Shown here one piece after another: positions 29,770 to 40,028 of a stretch of DNA of 64,000 nt (position 1 is the stretch's first letter; the number at the start of each line of letters is the position of its first letter). Under the pieces are notes generated by a model, which was not told the DNA's origin, searched no databases, and saw nothing but the letters and a program-made list of their open reading frames with translations. The translations under genes were made by a program, and so were the position numbers. The DNA is from an uncultured Verrucomicrobiae bacterium (GTDB lineage Bacteria; Verrucomicrobiota; Verrucomicrobiia; Chthoniobacterales; UBA10450): NCBI GenBank assembly GCA_963815455.1, contig CAWFGO010000001.1, positions 1,184,001 to 1,248,000 on the forward strand. Reading direction: 5' to 3'.

Positions 29770-30569
29770 TCAGCGCTCGGCGGTAAGCGGCGGGCGAACA
29801 GGACTTTCGCCGCCGGGATGCCAGGCCCGTTCTTCCCAGAAAGATTTCAGGGCGGGCAGACTTCCGTAGAAAATATTGCGCTCGGCCCGGACGATGTTGG
29901 CCACGCTTTTTGGGTAGCTCGCGCGCGGCAAACGGCATTTGCCATCACCGGTGTATTGCCAGAGATGCCAATGACTCCAGGGCGACGTCGCGCTCGGACG
30001 CGCGCCGTAATTGGCCAGCCACAGCCAGCAGTTCGCCAGGGTATCCTTTGCGCCGCGCTCAACCGCCGGCCATTCACCGCCTGACGAATATGATATTCGC
30101 CGGAATAAATTCCCGGATATTTTCCGGTCCGCTCCTTAATTCGTTCCGCGAACGCGACCGCCTGATCGATCCGCATGCTCCCGCCGGGATAATGACCGTT
30201 CTTTTCGAAATCGAGCACCAGGAGGATGCCAGACGGCCGCGACGCCGGATCGGCCTGCGACCACGCGCTTTTGACAACATTCAGGAAATGATCGGCCTGC
30301 CGGACTGGATCGCCCGAGTTTGCATAATGGTACGCGCCCCAGAGCAAACCGGCACGAGTCGCGGCTTGTTGTCTCGAAGCATAGTAAGAATCCCGGACAA
30401 AGGCCGGATACGTGGCCTCATGAATCACGCCCACGATGCCTTCGTATTTCATCCGACCAAAATCCGCCCGCATCAGATCGTAATGCGACATGTTCACGAC
30501 CGCGTTGGTGGCAAACGCGGACACCGGCAGCGCCAGCAAGGATAATGAAATACGAGTGAGAAACTTCAT
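29770..30569 (-). CDS. Glycoside hydrolase family 25 (lysozyme-like), frameshifted near 30030
   Basis: GLLWGAYHY, QADHF, LVLDFE; shifted frame gives WLANY and HLWQYTG. Confidence 0.85.
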
Positions 30570-30639
30570 TCGAATGACCAAGAACCCCTGGGGAACACCA
30601 ACATAAAAATCTTCATTGATGTGAATGCAAACGGAAAAT

Positions 30640-31680
30640 TCACAAATCGGCCGGCCGGGCGAATCTAAAACCAGCTAATCCCGCGCCAACATCGACATCC
30701 TTCGACAAAGCCAGCGCCTGAAAACTGCGGCCGAGCATTTCCGGATGCAACAACGTTTGCAGCTCGCGTTTCGATTTAGGATCGACGTCGGCAGCGAGCT
30801 CCGGCCGTGCGGAAATAATCCCGGTAAGGAAATGGTGCTGGTCGGCGAAGCCGTCCACGCGCAGGCCGTTTTTTCGGGCGCGATCGGCGATGCTAGCCCA
30901 GTCCACGTGCGCGGTAACGTCGGCCTGGCCGATCCGCTCGAAGGGCGAATCGAGATGTCGATGTTGGGCGCGGACTTGCACCGTTGATTCAAGGACGCCG
31001 CCCAAATGCCCGTAATCGATGGCAATGACGTAACCGCGTTGCAAGTTGGCCGCGACATTGTCGATCCAATCGAGCGCGACTTGATTGGGTTTGGTCTGCT
31101 CCCGAACCGGCCGCTCGACGAAAATGAATTTGTCCCCCTCAAGATCGACAAGTTTTCCCGGCAAATCGATGGGCATGGCGTCGATCAGCTCGTTGGAGAA
31201 ATGAATTCCGGCGAACGGCTCCAGGGAATTGCCCCAGTCCACTTTGTCGCCAAATGATTCGAGCGTTTGCCGTTGTCGATCCTGCCAGATGGGAAACGGC
31301 TCGACGATCCGGTAGCGCAAGGCCGCAAAAAATTCCGGCGCGCGTTCTTTGGCCGATTCGAGCACGTCCCGCGCGAATTGGCCATCATGTGCCCCCTGTT
31401 CGACGATGACGAAGTTGTCGATGTCGCCACGGCGACCAGGCCCTCCGAGTCGTTCCCAAATTTGGGCAAACTGCGCGGCCAGCAGCCGCCCGAAAAGCGG
31501 TCCGACGCTGACGTTGGTGAAATAGTCGCCCTTTCGCCCGATGGCGGCACGGCCGCTGGAATAATAGCCGTGCTCGGGATGATACAGCGCCTGTTGCATG
31601 AACCAGGCAAATGATTGCGGGCCTCGTGCTTCGATTTCGGCGCGGATAATGTCGATCAAGGCAGAATTTCCCGTAGTCAC
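30640..31680 (-). CDS. SAM-dependent methyltransferase, MidA/NDUFAF7 (COG1565) family
   Basis: FM..ALYHP.HGYY, GDYFT, SNELIDA, IDYG, D.TAHVD. Confidence 0.9.
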   Translation of the reverse strand: MTTGNSALIDIIRAEIEARGPQSFAWFMQQALYHPEHGYYSSGRAAIGRKGDYFTNVSVGPLFGRLLAAQFAQIWERLGGPGRRGDIDNFVIVEQGAHDGQFARDVLESAKERAPEFFAALRYRIVEPFPIWQDRQRQTLESFGDKVDWGNSLEPFAGIHFSNELIDAMPIDLPGKLVDLEGDKFIFVERPVREQTKPNQVALDWIDNVAANLQRGYVIAIDYGHLGGVLESTVQVRAQHRHLDSPFERIGQADVTAHVDWASIADRARKNGLRVDGFADQHHFLTGIISARPELAADVDPKSKRELQTLLHPEMLGRSFQALALSKDVDVGAGLAGFRFARPADL

Positions 31681-31750
31681 CGTGGCATCGTTAAAACGTT
31701 GAATCGTTAAAGCGCTGACCTAAGTTGCGCGACTGATTTCTTTCAAAAAC

Positions 31751-34324
31751 GTGAATACGCCCGAAACACATCTGATGCCGCCGCCCGGTTATCGTTTCCG
31801 GCGGCCATGGTATGCCCGGCCGCTGTTTTACGTTCCGGTCGGGCTGGTGGCGGTGCTGATTGCGGCGGGGGCGATCTACCTTTTCATGACTGCCTCCGAA
31901 CTGGGCGACGAAGCGGCGACGTTCGATCTGACCAAGCTCGAGCAAATGGAATCAGCCAGCGTGATTGTCGATCGTAACAACAAGATTTTCGGCCAGATTT
32001 ACGTCGAGAACCGCGAAACCATTCCCTACGAGCAATTGCCGCGCGACCTCATCAATGCCGTGGTCGCGGTCGAGGACGCAAAGTTTTATCAACATCACGG
32101 CTACGATCTGTTTGGCATGGTCCGAGCCGCGCTGAAAAACGCGCTGGCCGGCCATGTGCGCCAGGGGGCGAGCACGATTACGCAACAGCTGGCCCGCAAC
32201 ACCTTTTCGCTCAAGGAAAGGACGTTTCATCGCAAGTTGCTCGAGATTTTTCTGGCCCGCCGGATTGAGGACCGGCTCGGCAAACAGAAAATCATGGAGC
32301 TGTATCTGAACCGGATTTATTTCGGTGGCGGTTTGTACGGCGCGGAGGCGGCGGCGCGCGGTTACTTTGGCAAACATGCGCGCGAGATGACATTGGCGGA
32401 ATGCGCGACCCTGGCGGGCCTAATCAAAAGCCCTAACAGATTATCGCCGTGGAGCGATCCGGCGGCGTCGCGCGAAGCCCGCAATTACGTCCTGAGCAGG
32501 ATGCGCGACCTGGAGTTCATCAATCGCCAGAAGTGGGCGAGCGCGCAGCAGGAAGAAGTCGTGGTCGGCAACCGGCAAAACGCGCAAGGGCAAACCTACG
32601 CGGTTGATTACATTCGCCAGAAAGTGATCGAGGCAGTGGGTTGGGACCGGGCGATGAATGAAGGCTTTCGCATTCACACCGCGATCGACGCCGATCTGCA
32701 AAAAGTGGCGGAAGAATCGTTGCGCCGGAGTTTGGACCACGCCGAGCAGTTTCCCGGTTATGATCACCAGACCTACGCTGAGTACGCGGCAAACTTCCGC
32801 AAAGCGAAATCGAATGGCGGAACCGCGAGTCAGCCGCCGCCCGAATATTTGCAGGGCGCAGTCATTGGAATCGACAACGCAACCGGTGGAATTCTGGTGC
32901 TGGTGGGTGGCCGCGATTTCGAGCATAACCAATACGATCGCGCGTTGCAGGCGAAGCGGCCGGTGGGCACGGCGATGTTGCCCTTCGTATACGCGGCGGC
33001 GTTCGAAGACGGAATGTTCCCCGGATCGGTGGTGGAGGATTCGCCGCTCGACAATCGCGCGGTCATGATCGGCGGCACGACGGGAATCCTGGGCGAATGG
33101 GGACCGGAAAGCGCGGAGAATCGCTATGAAGGCGCGATTACCGCACGCGAAGCGCTGGTCAAGTCGAAAAACGGCGCCACCATTCGCATTGGCATGAACG
33201 TCGGTGTCGATCCGGTTCTGCAGCTTTGTCGCACAGCCGGGATTCATTCTGCGCTTCGGCCTTATCCGGCGACGTTTCTAGGCAGCAGCGAAATTACCCT
33301 GGCCGAGCTCGGGCTCGCCTATACGATTTTTCCAAACGGCGGCTGGCGCCCACGGGCGCTTCACATTCTCGAGCGGATCGAGGAAAAGGACGGCACGGTT
33401 TGGACAGCGCAACGCGATTACAAGAAAGACAATGTGATCAAGCCTGAGACGGCCTACGAAGTTCACTCGTGCCTGGTCGATGCGTTGATAAAGGGAACGG
33501 GCAAATCCGCGCGCACACAATTCGGTTTGAAAAAATTTCCGGCGGCGGGCAAAACCGGCACAGCCTACGATTTTACCGATGCGCTCTTCGCCGGTTATGA
33601 TAACAATTTCACCTGCGCGGTCTGGGCCGGCTTCGATAAACCGCAAAAGATTTATCGCGGCGCATTTGGAAGCGAGATCGCTCTGCCGGTCTGGGTCGAT
33701 ATCATGAACGCGGCGGCCGAACATTATCCGGCGGAGGAGATCAAGCAGCCGCCCGGCCTGGAGCGAGTCGAGATTTGTTCGCGATCGGGTTTACTCGCCA
33801 CCGACAGATGTTACGACAGCGTCAAGACCGCAACCGGCGATGTCATCCAGCGGCGCACAACCTATATGGAAATCGCGACCCCGGCGCAGAAGCCGACCGA
33901 GTTCTGCAACGTCCACGGCGAACCGCGAACACGCCTGGTTCGCGAGCAACCAGAGGAAGGAGACTTGCCGCGCGCAGAGTTAGCGGTCGATCTCAGCGAA
34001 GTCACGCCGGTAATCATAAAAACGCCAACCCTTCTGGCCGACAAGGATCCGTACAACGCGATAAAGCCAACGGTGAAGCCGCAGGTGGAACAGCTGCCAG
34101 ACCAGGTGCTCTCGCAGCAGCCGGAAAAAGAACAGAATGGCGAGGAACAGATCGACAATCATAATGCCCAACCCCTTTTAAATCCGTCGCCGGTCAAAGC
34201 GCTCGAAGGCCAGCCGATCGAGATTCGGAAGGCGCTCCCGGTCGGCCCCTCGGAGGAAGAGTTGGAGAACACGCTCTTGAAAAACCAGACGCCGTCTCCG
34301 CCAGAGGCTGATTCGGGCGACTAA
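31751..34324 (+). CDS. Class A penicillin-binding protein (PBP1A family)
   Basis: EDAKFYQHHG, GASTITQQL, RKLLE, YLN.IYFG transglycosylase motifs; TP domain with SKN and KTG but TAML in place of SxxK. Confidence 0.92.
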   Translation: MNTPETHLMPPPGYRFRRPWYARPLFYVPVGLVAVLIAAGAIYLFMTASELGDEAATFDLTKLEQMESASVIVDRNNKIFGQIYVENRETIPYEQLPRDLINAVVAVEDAKFYQHHGYDLFGMVRAALKNALAGHVRQGASTITQQLARNTFSLKERTFHRKLLEIFLARRIEDRLGKQKIMELYLNRIYFGGGLYGAEAAARGYFGKHAREMTLAECATLAGLIKSPNRLSPWSDPAASREARNYVLSRMRDLEFINRQKWASAQQEEVVVGNRQNAQGQTYAVDYIRQKVIEAVGWDRAMNEGFRIHTAIDADLQKVAEESLRRSLDHAEQFPGYDHQTYAEYAANFRKAKSNGGTASQPPPEYLQGAVIGIDNATGGILVLVGGRDFEHNQYDRALQAKRPVGTAMLPFVYAAAFEDGMFPGSVVEDSPLDNRAVMIGGTTGILGEWGPESAENRYEGAITAREALVKSKNGATIRIGMNVGVDPVLQLCRTAGIHSALRPYPATFLGSSEITLAELGLAYTIFPNGGWRPRALHILERIEEKDGTVWTAQRDYKKDNVIKPETAYEVHSCLVDALIKGTGKSARTQFGLKKFPAAGKTGTAYDFTDALFAGYDNNFTCAVWAGFDKPQKIYRGAFGSEIALPVWVDIMNAAAEHYPAEEIKQPPGLERVEICSRSGLLATDRCYDSVKTATGDVIQRRTTYMEIATPAQKPTEFCNVHGEPRTRLVREQPEEGDLPRAELAVDLSEVTPVIIKTPTLLADKDPYNAIKPTVKPQVEQLPDQVLSQQPEKEQNGEEQIDNHNAQPLLNPSPVKALEGQPIEIRKALPVGPSEEELENTLLKNQTPSPPEADSGD

Positions 34325-34327
34325 GCA

Positions 34328-35368
34328 ATGACGCAGCCCAGCGCAAACGAGTTTCGGTTGACCGTGCTCAATCCGGGCGGACGCGACCCGGAGCAGAATT
34401 TTCGCGATCCGGCCGGTCCGGCGACTCCGGTGCATCCGCCGGTGAATTTTCACGCTTTCGCCGCCTGCACCCAAGGGATTTTTCAACACGACACCCAGCG
34501 CGCGGTTGTCGATGAGCTACCGGTCCTGCTCTTGTTACGCGGCGATTTTCGGGCCTCCGAGCGCGCCTTCAAAGAACTCAAAAGGAATGGACGAAAAATC
34601 GCCGTTTCTCTAAAGGAAACCGGCCTGCATCAAATCGCGGGGCAAATGCGCAAACGGGCGCAATTGGCGCGTTTCATGAGAATGGCCGAACACGCCGACG
34701 GTTGCATAGCTACGACGCCGGAAGCGGCCGAAGTGTACTGGCGCGCGCGGTTGCACCGCGATCCGGCCACGGTGGCATTTATTCCAACGCCCTACCCGAT
34801 GGAGGATCGACAATGGGACCTTTCCGCGCCGCCTAACGAGCAAGACGGCATTTTTATCGGCACTCGTGAATGGAACGTTCCGTCGCGCAATCATTTCGCC
34901 GCCCTGCTCGTGGCCCGACAACTGTGCGAAGCGAGCGGCGAACGGGTTACGGTTGTCAATCTGGATGGATGGCTGGGACGCCGTCGTCTGGCTCAGCTCA
35001 AATTTCCCGAAGGAAAGTTGCACCTGATCGAGAAACAAATGCCGTATGCGGATTATCTGCGCGAAGTGGCGCGACATAAAATCGTGCTCCAGCTCGACCG
35101 GAGTCGCGTGCCCGGCCAGGTCGCCGGTGACGCCCTTCTGGCCCGCACCATTTGCGTAGGCGGCGACGGCGCGATTGATCGCATCGTCTTCTCCAAAACG
35201 TGCGGTGAAGGCCGCACCATGAACGATCTGGCCAAGCTCGCCGCCGGCCTACTGAAGGATGCGAATAGCCGGGCCACATTGATCCTGGAATCGCAATGGC
35301 GCGCCATGGAACGGCTCTCGTTTCAGGCGATCCGTGCCCAGCTCGCCGCGTTTTTTGCCAAGCTGTGA
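34328..35368 (+). CDS. Hypothetical protein, possible GT-B glycosyltransferase-like
   Basis: 346-aa ORF immediately after the PBP; C-terminal PGQVAGDALL..T.CVGG weakly GT-like. Confidence 0.6.
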   Translation: MTQPSANEFRLTVLNPGGRDPEQNFRDPAGPATPVHPPVNFHAFAACTQGIFQHDTQRAVVDELPVLLLLRGDFRASERAFKELKRNGRKIAVSLKETGLHQIAGQMRKRAQLARFMRMAEHADGCIATTPEAAEVYWRARLHRDPATVAFIPTPYPMEDRQWDLSAPPNEQDGIFIGTREWNVPSRNHFAALLVARQLCEASGERVTVVNLDGWLGRRRLAQLKFPEGKLHLIEKQMPYADYLREVARHKIVLQLDRSRVPGQVAGDALLARTICVGGDGAIDRIVFSKTCGEGRTMNDLAKLAAGLLKDANSRATLILESQWRAMERLSFQAIRAQLAAFFAKL

Positions 35369-35524
35369 ATCACGGCGCGCTAGAGTAAGGGTGGATTGTC
35401 ATCCCGAGTCGCGCAGATGACGAGGGACCTCGCGAGGAAGTCTAACGCTCCGAACCATGCTGAAGCATGATCGCTGCTACCGGTTCCGGAATCGCCATGG
35501 CTCCGCCGCGGTCAGCGCCCGCGG

Positions 35525-36706
35525 CTACAGCATCGTCCTTAGGTAGATCTCTTCGAGTCGTCGGACCTGCGCGCGCAAATCGAATTTTTCGCGGACGGTT
35601 TCCGCGCCGTTTCGCGCCAGCCGGGCGAGCGATCGTCGATCCTGAGCGGCTTCCAGCAATGCGCCCGACAACGCCTCGAAATCGCGTTCCCCCACCAGGA
35701 TCCCGCTCACGCCGTTCTCGATCGCTTCGGGAATACCGCCGTGATTTGTCGCGAAAACGGGAAGACCGCTGGCCATTGCTTCCAGCATCGAATTGGGAAT
35801 TCCCTCCTGGTTTCCGTCGATTCCGGTCTCGCTCGGATGCAGAAAAATGTGCGACGCATAAAAGATTTCGCGCAGTTCTTCCTGCGAGACAAAACCGGGC
35901 AGCGCCACACGATTGTCGATCCTGAGTTTTTGCGTTAGCTCGCGCAGCTCTTGGAGCATCGGTCCCTCGCCCGCGATCGTCAGTCTCGCCTCCGGGTATT
36001 TGGCCTGGAAACGGGTGAAGGCGTGCAGCGTCGTAGCCAGCCCTTTCTTTTCGATCAACCGGCAGGCCTGGACCAAATGCCACTCGCCATTTTGCGGAAC
36101 CGCGCGTTCGCGAAATGGAAATTGATCAAGCGGAATTCCAGTCCGCGCGATCTCGATCTTGCTCGGATCGCAGCCAAGATCGACAACGGCGCGGCGCAAC
36201 GATTCCGACCGGACCAGAACGAGCTTCACCGCGCCGAGCATTTGCCGGGTCGCGTCTCGATAGAGCGGCTTGTGCATGTCCACCAAAACGTCGGCGCCGT
36301 GAAAAGAAACGATCGACCGCTTTGGCCAGGCCCGAATGAGTGGCAACAAATGCACGGCAATGTGGCCGAAATAGATGTGCAACAATCGCGCGGCCCGGTT
36401 ATCGAGGACTTCCATCAGCGCCCGCGTTTCTCCCGGCGAAATCTGCCAGGGAGTGTCGCGCACCTGGCGAAACCAGAACCGCCGCAGAAAATGCAACGAC
36501 GGTTTGGGGGCGATGTCGATCCTTTCCAACGGGAAACGATCGGCGTTTTCGCGTTTCTGGGTGATGATGAATGGGGCGACGCGCTCGAGCGCGGTAATCT
36601 GCCGGTAGATGTGCAACATCTCCGGCTTCAGGAAGGTCGCGCAGTAACAGGCGACGACCGGGGGCGTATTGATTTCGGCGCTCAAGTTCGACGTTACATC
36701 GAACAT
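35525..36706 (-). CDS. Glycosyltransferase family 4 (WcaL-like); start uncertain
   Basis: SFHGAD, RLIEKKG, EGIPNSMLEAMASGLPV..T.HGGIPE. Confidence 0.92.
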   Translation of the reverse strand: MFDVTSNLSAEINTPPVVACYCATFLKPEMLHIYRQITALERVAPFIITQKRENADRFPLERIDIAPKPSLHFLRRFWFRQVRDTPWQISPGETRALMEVLDNRAARLLHIYFGHIAVHLLPLIRAWPKRSIVSFHGADVLVDMHKPLYRDATRQMLGAVKLVLVRSESLRRAVVDLGCDPSKIEIARTGIPLDQFPFRERAVPQNGEWHLVQACRLIEKKGLATTLHAFTRFQAKYPEARLTIAGEGPMLQELRELTQKLRIDNRVALPGFVSQEELREIFYASHIFLHPSETGIDGNQEGIPNSMLEAMASGLPVFATNHGGIPEAIENGVSGILVGERDFEALSGALLEAAQDRRSLARLARNGAETVREKFDLRAQVRRLEEIYLRTML

Positions 36707-36729
36707 CCAACCTCAAACATCAAACATCC

Positions 36730-37041
36730 TCAAAAGACCCACTCGAACAGCTTGATCCCTTTCCATTTCCCGGTCACTGGGTCGATTACGACGCTCTGCT
36801 GGGCCGTGCCGTATTTGGCCGGCGCTTTCGGATTGAGCATCTGCACGGGGTTGTTTCCCGGTGCGAACGCCCGTGGCAACACGCCCCGGACTTCCTCTTT
36901 CTGCAGCGGCGGCGGAATCTTTTTCTTGAGCGTGCTTTTCACGGCTCGCTTTGATTTGGCCGGTGCGGTAAACGTTTGAGGCGCAGCCACGACGGCGGTC
37001 GCCATCATAACCAACAATGCCGAGACCAGATACTTCTTCAT
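36730..37041 (-). CDS. Small secreted hypothetical protein
   Basis: Signal peptide MKKYLVSALL; NPVQMLNP.AP.KYG; ends in Phe. Confidence 0.7.
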   Translation of the reverse strand: MKKYLVSALLVMMATAVVAAPQTFTAPAKSKRAVKSTLKKKIPPPLQKEEVRGVLPRAFAPGNNPVQMLNPKAPAKYGTAQQSVVIDPVTGKWKGIKLFEWVF

Positions 37042-37112
37042 GATTTTTCCCTCCCTACAAAGGCGCGCAATTTCTTGTCGGTTAAAACGCCTCGGCACAG
37101 TATTATAGACCA

Positions 37113-38084
37113 ATGGACTACGTTGAGAAGGCCAAACGTGTGCTCGACGTAGAAATTTTCGAGCTCCAGCGGTTGCGGGACCGGCTGGGTGAAAACTTTT
37201 CCCGCGCCGTGCAGTTAATCAAGGAAACGGTGGATGCCCGGGGCAAGGTGGTGGTGGTCGGGGTCGGCAAATCGGGGAACGTGGGCAGCAAAATCGCCGC
37301 CACCCTCACCAGCACCGGTTCGCCTGCCGTGGTGCTGGATTCCTCGAATGCCTTGCATGGCGACCTGGGCGTGGTGGCCGATGGCGATGTGGTCCTGGCC
37401 TTGAGCGCCAGTGGCGAGACGGAGGAACTGCTCCGGATCTTGCCGGCCATCGCTAGGTTCCAGGTCAAAATCGTTGCCGTTTGCGGCGATCCGAAATCGA
37501 CCCTGGCCCAGAACGCCCACATTTTTCTCGATGTAAATGTCGAGCAGGAGGCGTGTCCGTTAAACCTGGCCCCGACATCGAGCACGACGGCGATGCTGGC
37601 CCTGGGCGATGCCCTCGCGATGGTGTTGCTGGAAGCGCGCGGATTCAGGAAGGAAGATTTCGCCAAGCTTCACCCCGGCGGCGTGATCGGACGCAGTTTA
37701 CTCATCCGGGTGCATCAAGTGATGCGGCCGCGCGAATCGATGGCGCTGGTTTCGCCCGATACGCCGATCCGCGACGTGCTCAAGGCGATGACCAGCGTGC
37801 GGGCCGGCGCCGCAGTTGTGGCCGGCGAAGATCGGCAATTGCTCGGTATTTTCACTCACGGCGATTTTGCGCGGCATTTCCAATCCGATCCCAAGGTCGG
37901 CGAACGTCTGGTCGCGGATCTAATGACGCTAAACCCGGTAACGGTGCATCGGGACAGATTGGCGGTGGAAGTGTTGAACCTGCTCGAGCGTCATCGCATC
38001 GACGACTTGGTCGTGGTGGATGATAACAAGGTGCCGGTCGGCATTGTCGATTCGCAGGACCTTACGCGATTGAAGCTGTTGTAA
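37113..38084 (+). CDS. kdsD: KpsF/GutQ arabinose-5-phosphate isomerase
   Basis: GVGKSG, HGDLG, EACP.NLAPTSST, HPGG, two CBS domains. Confidence 0.95.
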   Translation: MDYVEKAKRVLDVEIFELQRLRDRLGENFSRAVQLIKETVDARGKVVVVGVGKSGNVGSKIAATLTSTGSPAVVLDSSNALHGDLGVVADGDVVLALSASGETEELLRILPAIARFQVKIVAVCGDPKSTLAQNAHIFLDVNVEQEACPLNLAPTSSTTAMLALGDALAMVLLEARGFRKEDFAKLHPGGVIGRSLLIRVHQVMRPRESMALVSPDTPIRDVLKAMTSVRAGAAVVAGEDRQLLGIFTHGDFARHFQSDPKVGERLVADLMTLNPVTVHRDRLAVEVLNLLERHRIDDLVVVDDNKVPVGIVDSQDLTRLKLL

Positions 38085-38090
38085 TTGTTC

Positions 38091-38212
38091 CGTCATCCCG
38101 AGCGCTGGCCGCGCCGGAGCGCAGCGAAGGCGGGCAGTCGAGGGATCCCGTCGCGCCAGCTTTAAGGTTTCGTCGCGGATCCTTCGACTCGCTTCGCTCT
38201 GCTCAGGATGAC
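38091..38212. repeat. CGTC-type palindromic element with nested mini-element
   Basis: CGTCATCCCGAGC...GCTCAGGATGAC; insert at 38104-38134. Confidence 0.8.
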
Positions 38213-38260
38213 CGGAGGTTTGCTTGCGTCAGCCCAATGCGCATGTAACGTCGCGCTCCC

Positions 38261-38818
38261 ATGGCAGCAGCCAACGATCTCCGCAAAGGACAAGCCATTA
38301 AATACAATGGCAACACCGCCATTGTTCTGGAAGTGCATCATCGTACGCCGGGAAATTTGCGCGCGTTTGTTCAGGCCATTATCCGCTACATTAACACCGG
38401 AAAAAGCGCGGACGTTCGGTTCGGCTCAACCGACAAAGTGGAGTTGGTCGATATCGAACGGAAAGAGGTCGAGTTCAGTTACAAAGATCACAGCGGCTAC
38501 CATTTCATCGATCCGCAGACGTACGACACGATCGATCTCGACGAAGCTTTGCTCGGCGAAGCGAAAGATTATCTGGTGGAAAACCTTTCGGTGCAGGTTC
38601 TTTACGCCGAAGGCAAGGCGGTGCAGGTCGAACTGCCCGCGTCGGTAAATTTGAAGGTCGTTGAATCGGCCGAAGGTTTGCGCGGCGATACCGCCAGCAA
38701 CGTGACCAAGCCGGCCAAACTGGAAACCGGCAAAACGATCAACGTTCCTCTTTTTATCAAGGAAGGCGAAACGATCAAGATCGACACCCGCACCGGCGAT
38801 TACATGGGCCGGGCGTAG
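38261..38818 (+). CDS. efp: Translation elongation factor P
   Basis: DLRKG, TPG.., RGDTA....KPA.LETG..I.VPLFI..GE.I.IDTRTG.Y..R. Confidence 0.96.
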   Translation: MAAANDLRKGQAIKYNGNTAIVLEVHHRTPGNLRAFVQAIIRYINTGKSADVRFGSTDKVELVDIERKEVEFSYKDHSGYHFIDPQTYDTIDLDEALLGEAKDYLVENLSVQVLYAEGKAVQVELPASVNLKVVESAEGLRGDTASNVTKPAKLETGKTINVPLFIKEGETIKIDTRTGDYMGRA

Positions 38819-38842
38819 AAATCATTTCTGACGATTGCGCGC

Positions 38843-38965
38843 GCCATCCCGAGCGCTCGCCGCGCCGTAGCGCAGCGAAGGCGGGAAGTCGAGGGACCCC
38901 GTGGCGCAACCACAAGATTAGCCACGGGATCCCTTCGACTCCGCTTTGCTTCGCTCAGGATGACG
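38843..38965. repeat. CGTC-type palindromic element with nested mini-element
   Basis: GCCATCCCGAGC...GCTCAGGATGACG; insert at 38855-38885. Confidence 0.8.
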
Positions 38966-39064
38966 GCCGGGCGCGTGGTTCCTCCTTGCCAAAATCTGCG
39001 CCAATGGATTCGGCTTCCGCTCGCCACGGCGTCTGCGTAATCTGCGGATGAAACTTTCGGCGCG

Positions 39065-39877
39065 ATGAACCACAGACGAACCCGTCGCGGAGCCAAGCCA
39101 TCGGGCCGCGTGAAGATCACTCCTTACGTCGTGCCGACGACGCGAAAACCGCCTGCAGGCCGCTCGCTGCCGCTGATGGTGCCGACCCGCTGGGTAAAAT
39201 TCGTCGTCGCGATCTTTTTGGTGCCGGTCTGCGCGGTTCTCAGTCAGACGTTCTTTACCGTCTTCGCGCGGGCCACCGTGACCCAGCGGCTTTGGGCGGG
39301 TGAAGAATTCTGGTTCTTTACTCTGGGCGCAATTCTTTGGCCGATCGCGTTCTTCGGTTTGCCGCGACCAATCGTTGTCTACGTCTTCGGACATGAGCTG
39401 ACTCACGCCCTCTGGGTTTGGCTAATGGGCGGACGCGTCAGCCAATTCAGTGTCGGCCGCGAAGGCGGCCACATCGTCACCACCAAGAGCAACTTCTGGA
39501 TCGCGCTCGCTCCCTATTTTTTTCCGATCTACAGCATTTTGGCGATCGGCGTTTTCGGTGTGTGGAGCTTGTTCGCCAATCTGCAGCCGTATGGCCGGCT
39601 GCTGTATGCCGTGATTGGCGCGACCTGGGCGTTTCATTTCACATTCACTTGCTGGATGATTCCCAAGAACCAGAGCGACCTGCGCTCTCACGGCACGTTC
39701 TTCTCGCTGACGGTGATCTATCTCATGAATCTGCTGCTCCTGTGCGTGATGCTCGTTCTCGCTTCAAGGCAAATCACGTTCGCCGATTTCGGCGCGGATT
39801 TGTTAACCAATATCGGAAACTTCGCCCAACGGCTTGGCCATCTGGCCGACCGCTTCAGCCAGGGCGCGGGGCATTAG
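39065..39877 (+). CDS. Membrane protein, M50-like metallopeptidase
   Basis: Multi-TM, HELTH, LAPYFFP, SD motif. Confidence 0.75.
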   Translation: MNHRRTRRGAKPSGRVKITPYVVPTTRKPPAGRSLPLMVPTRWVKFVVAIFLVPVCAVLSQTFFTVFARATVTQRLWAGEEFWFFTLGAILWPIAFFGLPRPIVVYVFGHELTHALWVWLMGGRVSQFSVGREGGHIVTTKSNFWIALAPYFFPIYSILAIGVFGVWSLFANLQPYGRLLYAVIGATWAFHFTFTCWMIPKNQSDLRSHGTFFSLTVIYLMNLLLLCVMLVLASRQITFADFGADLLTNIGNFAQRLGHLADRFSQGAGH

Positions 39878-39886
39878 CTTCTCGAT

Positions 39887-40022
39887 TGTCATCCCGAGCG
39901 CAGCGAGGGACCTCGCAAACGCACTCCAACCTTCCGAGCCATCCCGAAGCATGATCGCATCGTCGCTCGCGCGCGTTGTCTCTTCCCTTCTCGCGAGATC
40001 CTTCGCTGCGCTCAAGATGACA
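39887..40022. repeat. CGTC-type MITE-like element of about 135 bp
   Basis: TGTCATCCCGAGC...GCTCAAGATGACA; interior GAAGCATGATCGC shared with 35398-35480 and (inverted) 42925-43062. Confidence 0.8.
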
Positions 40023-40028
40023 GGCTCG

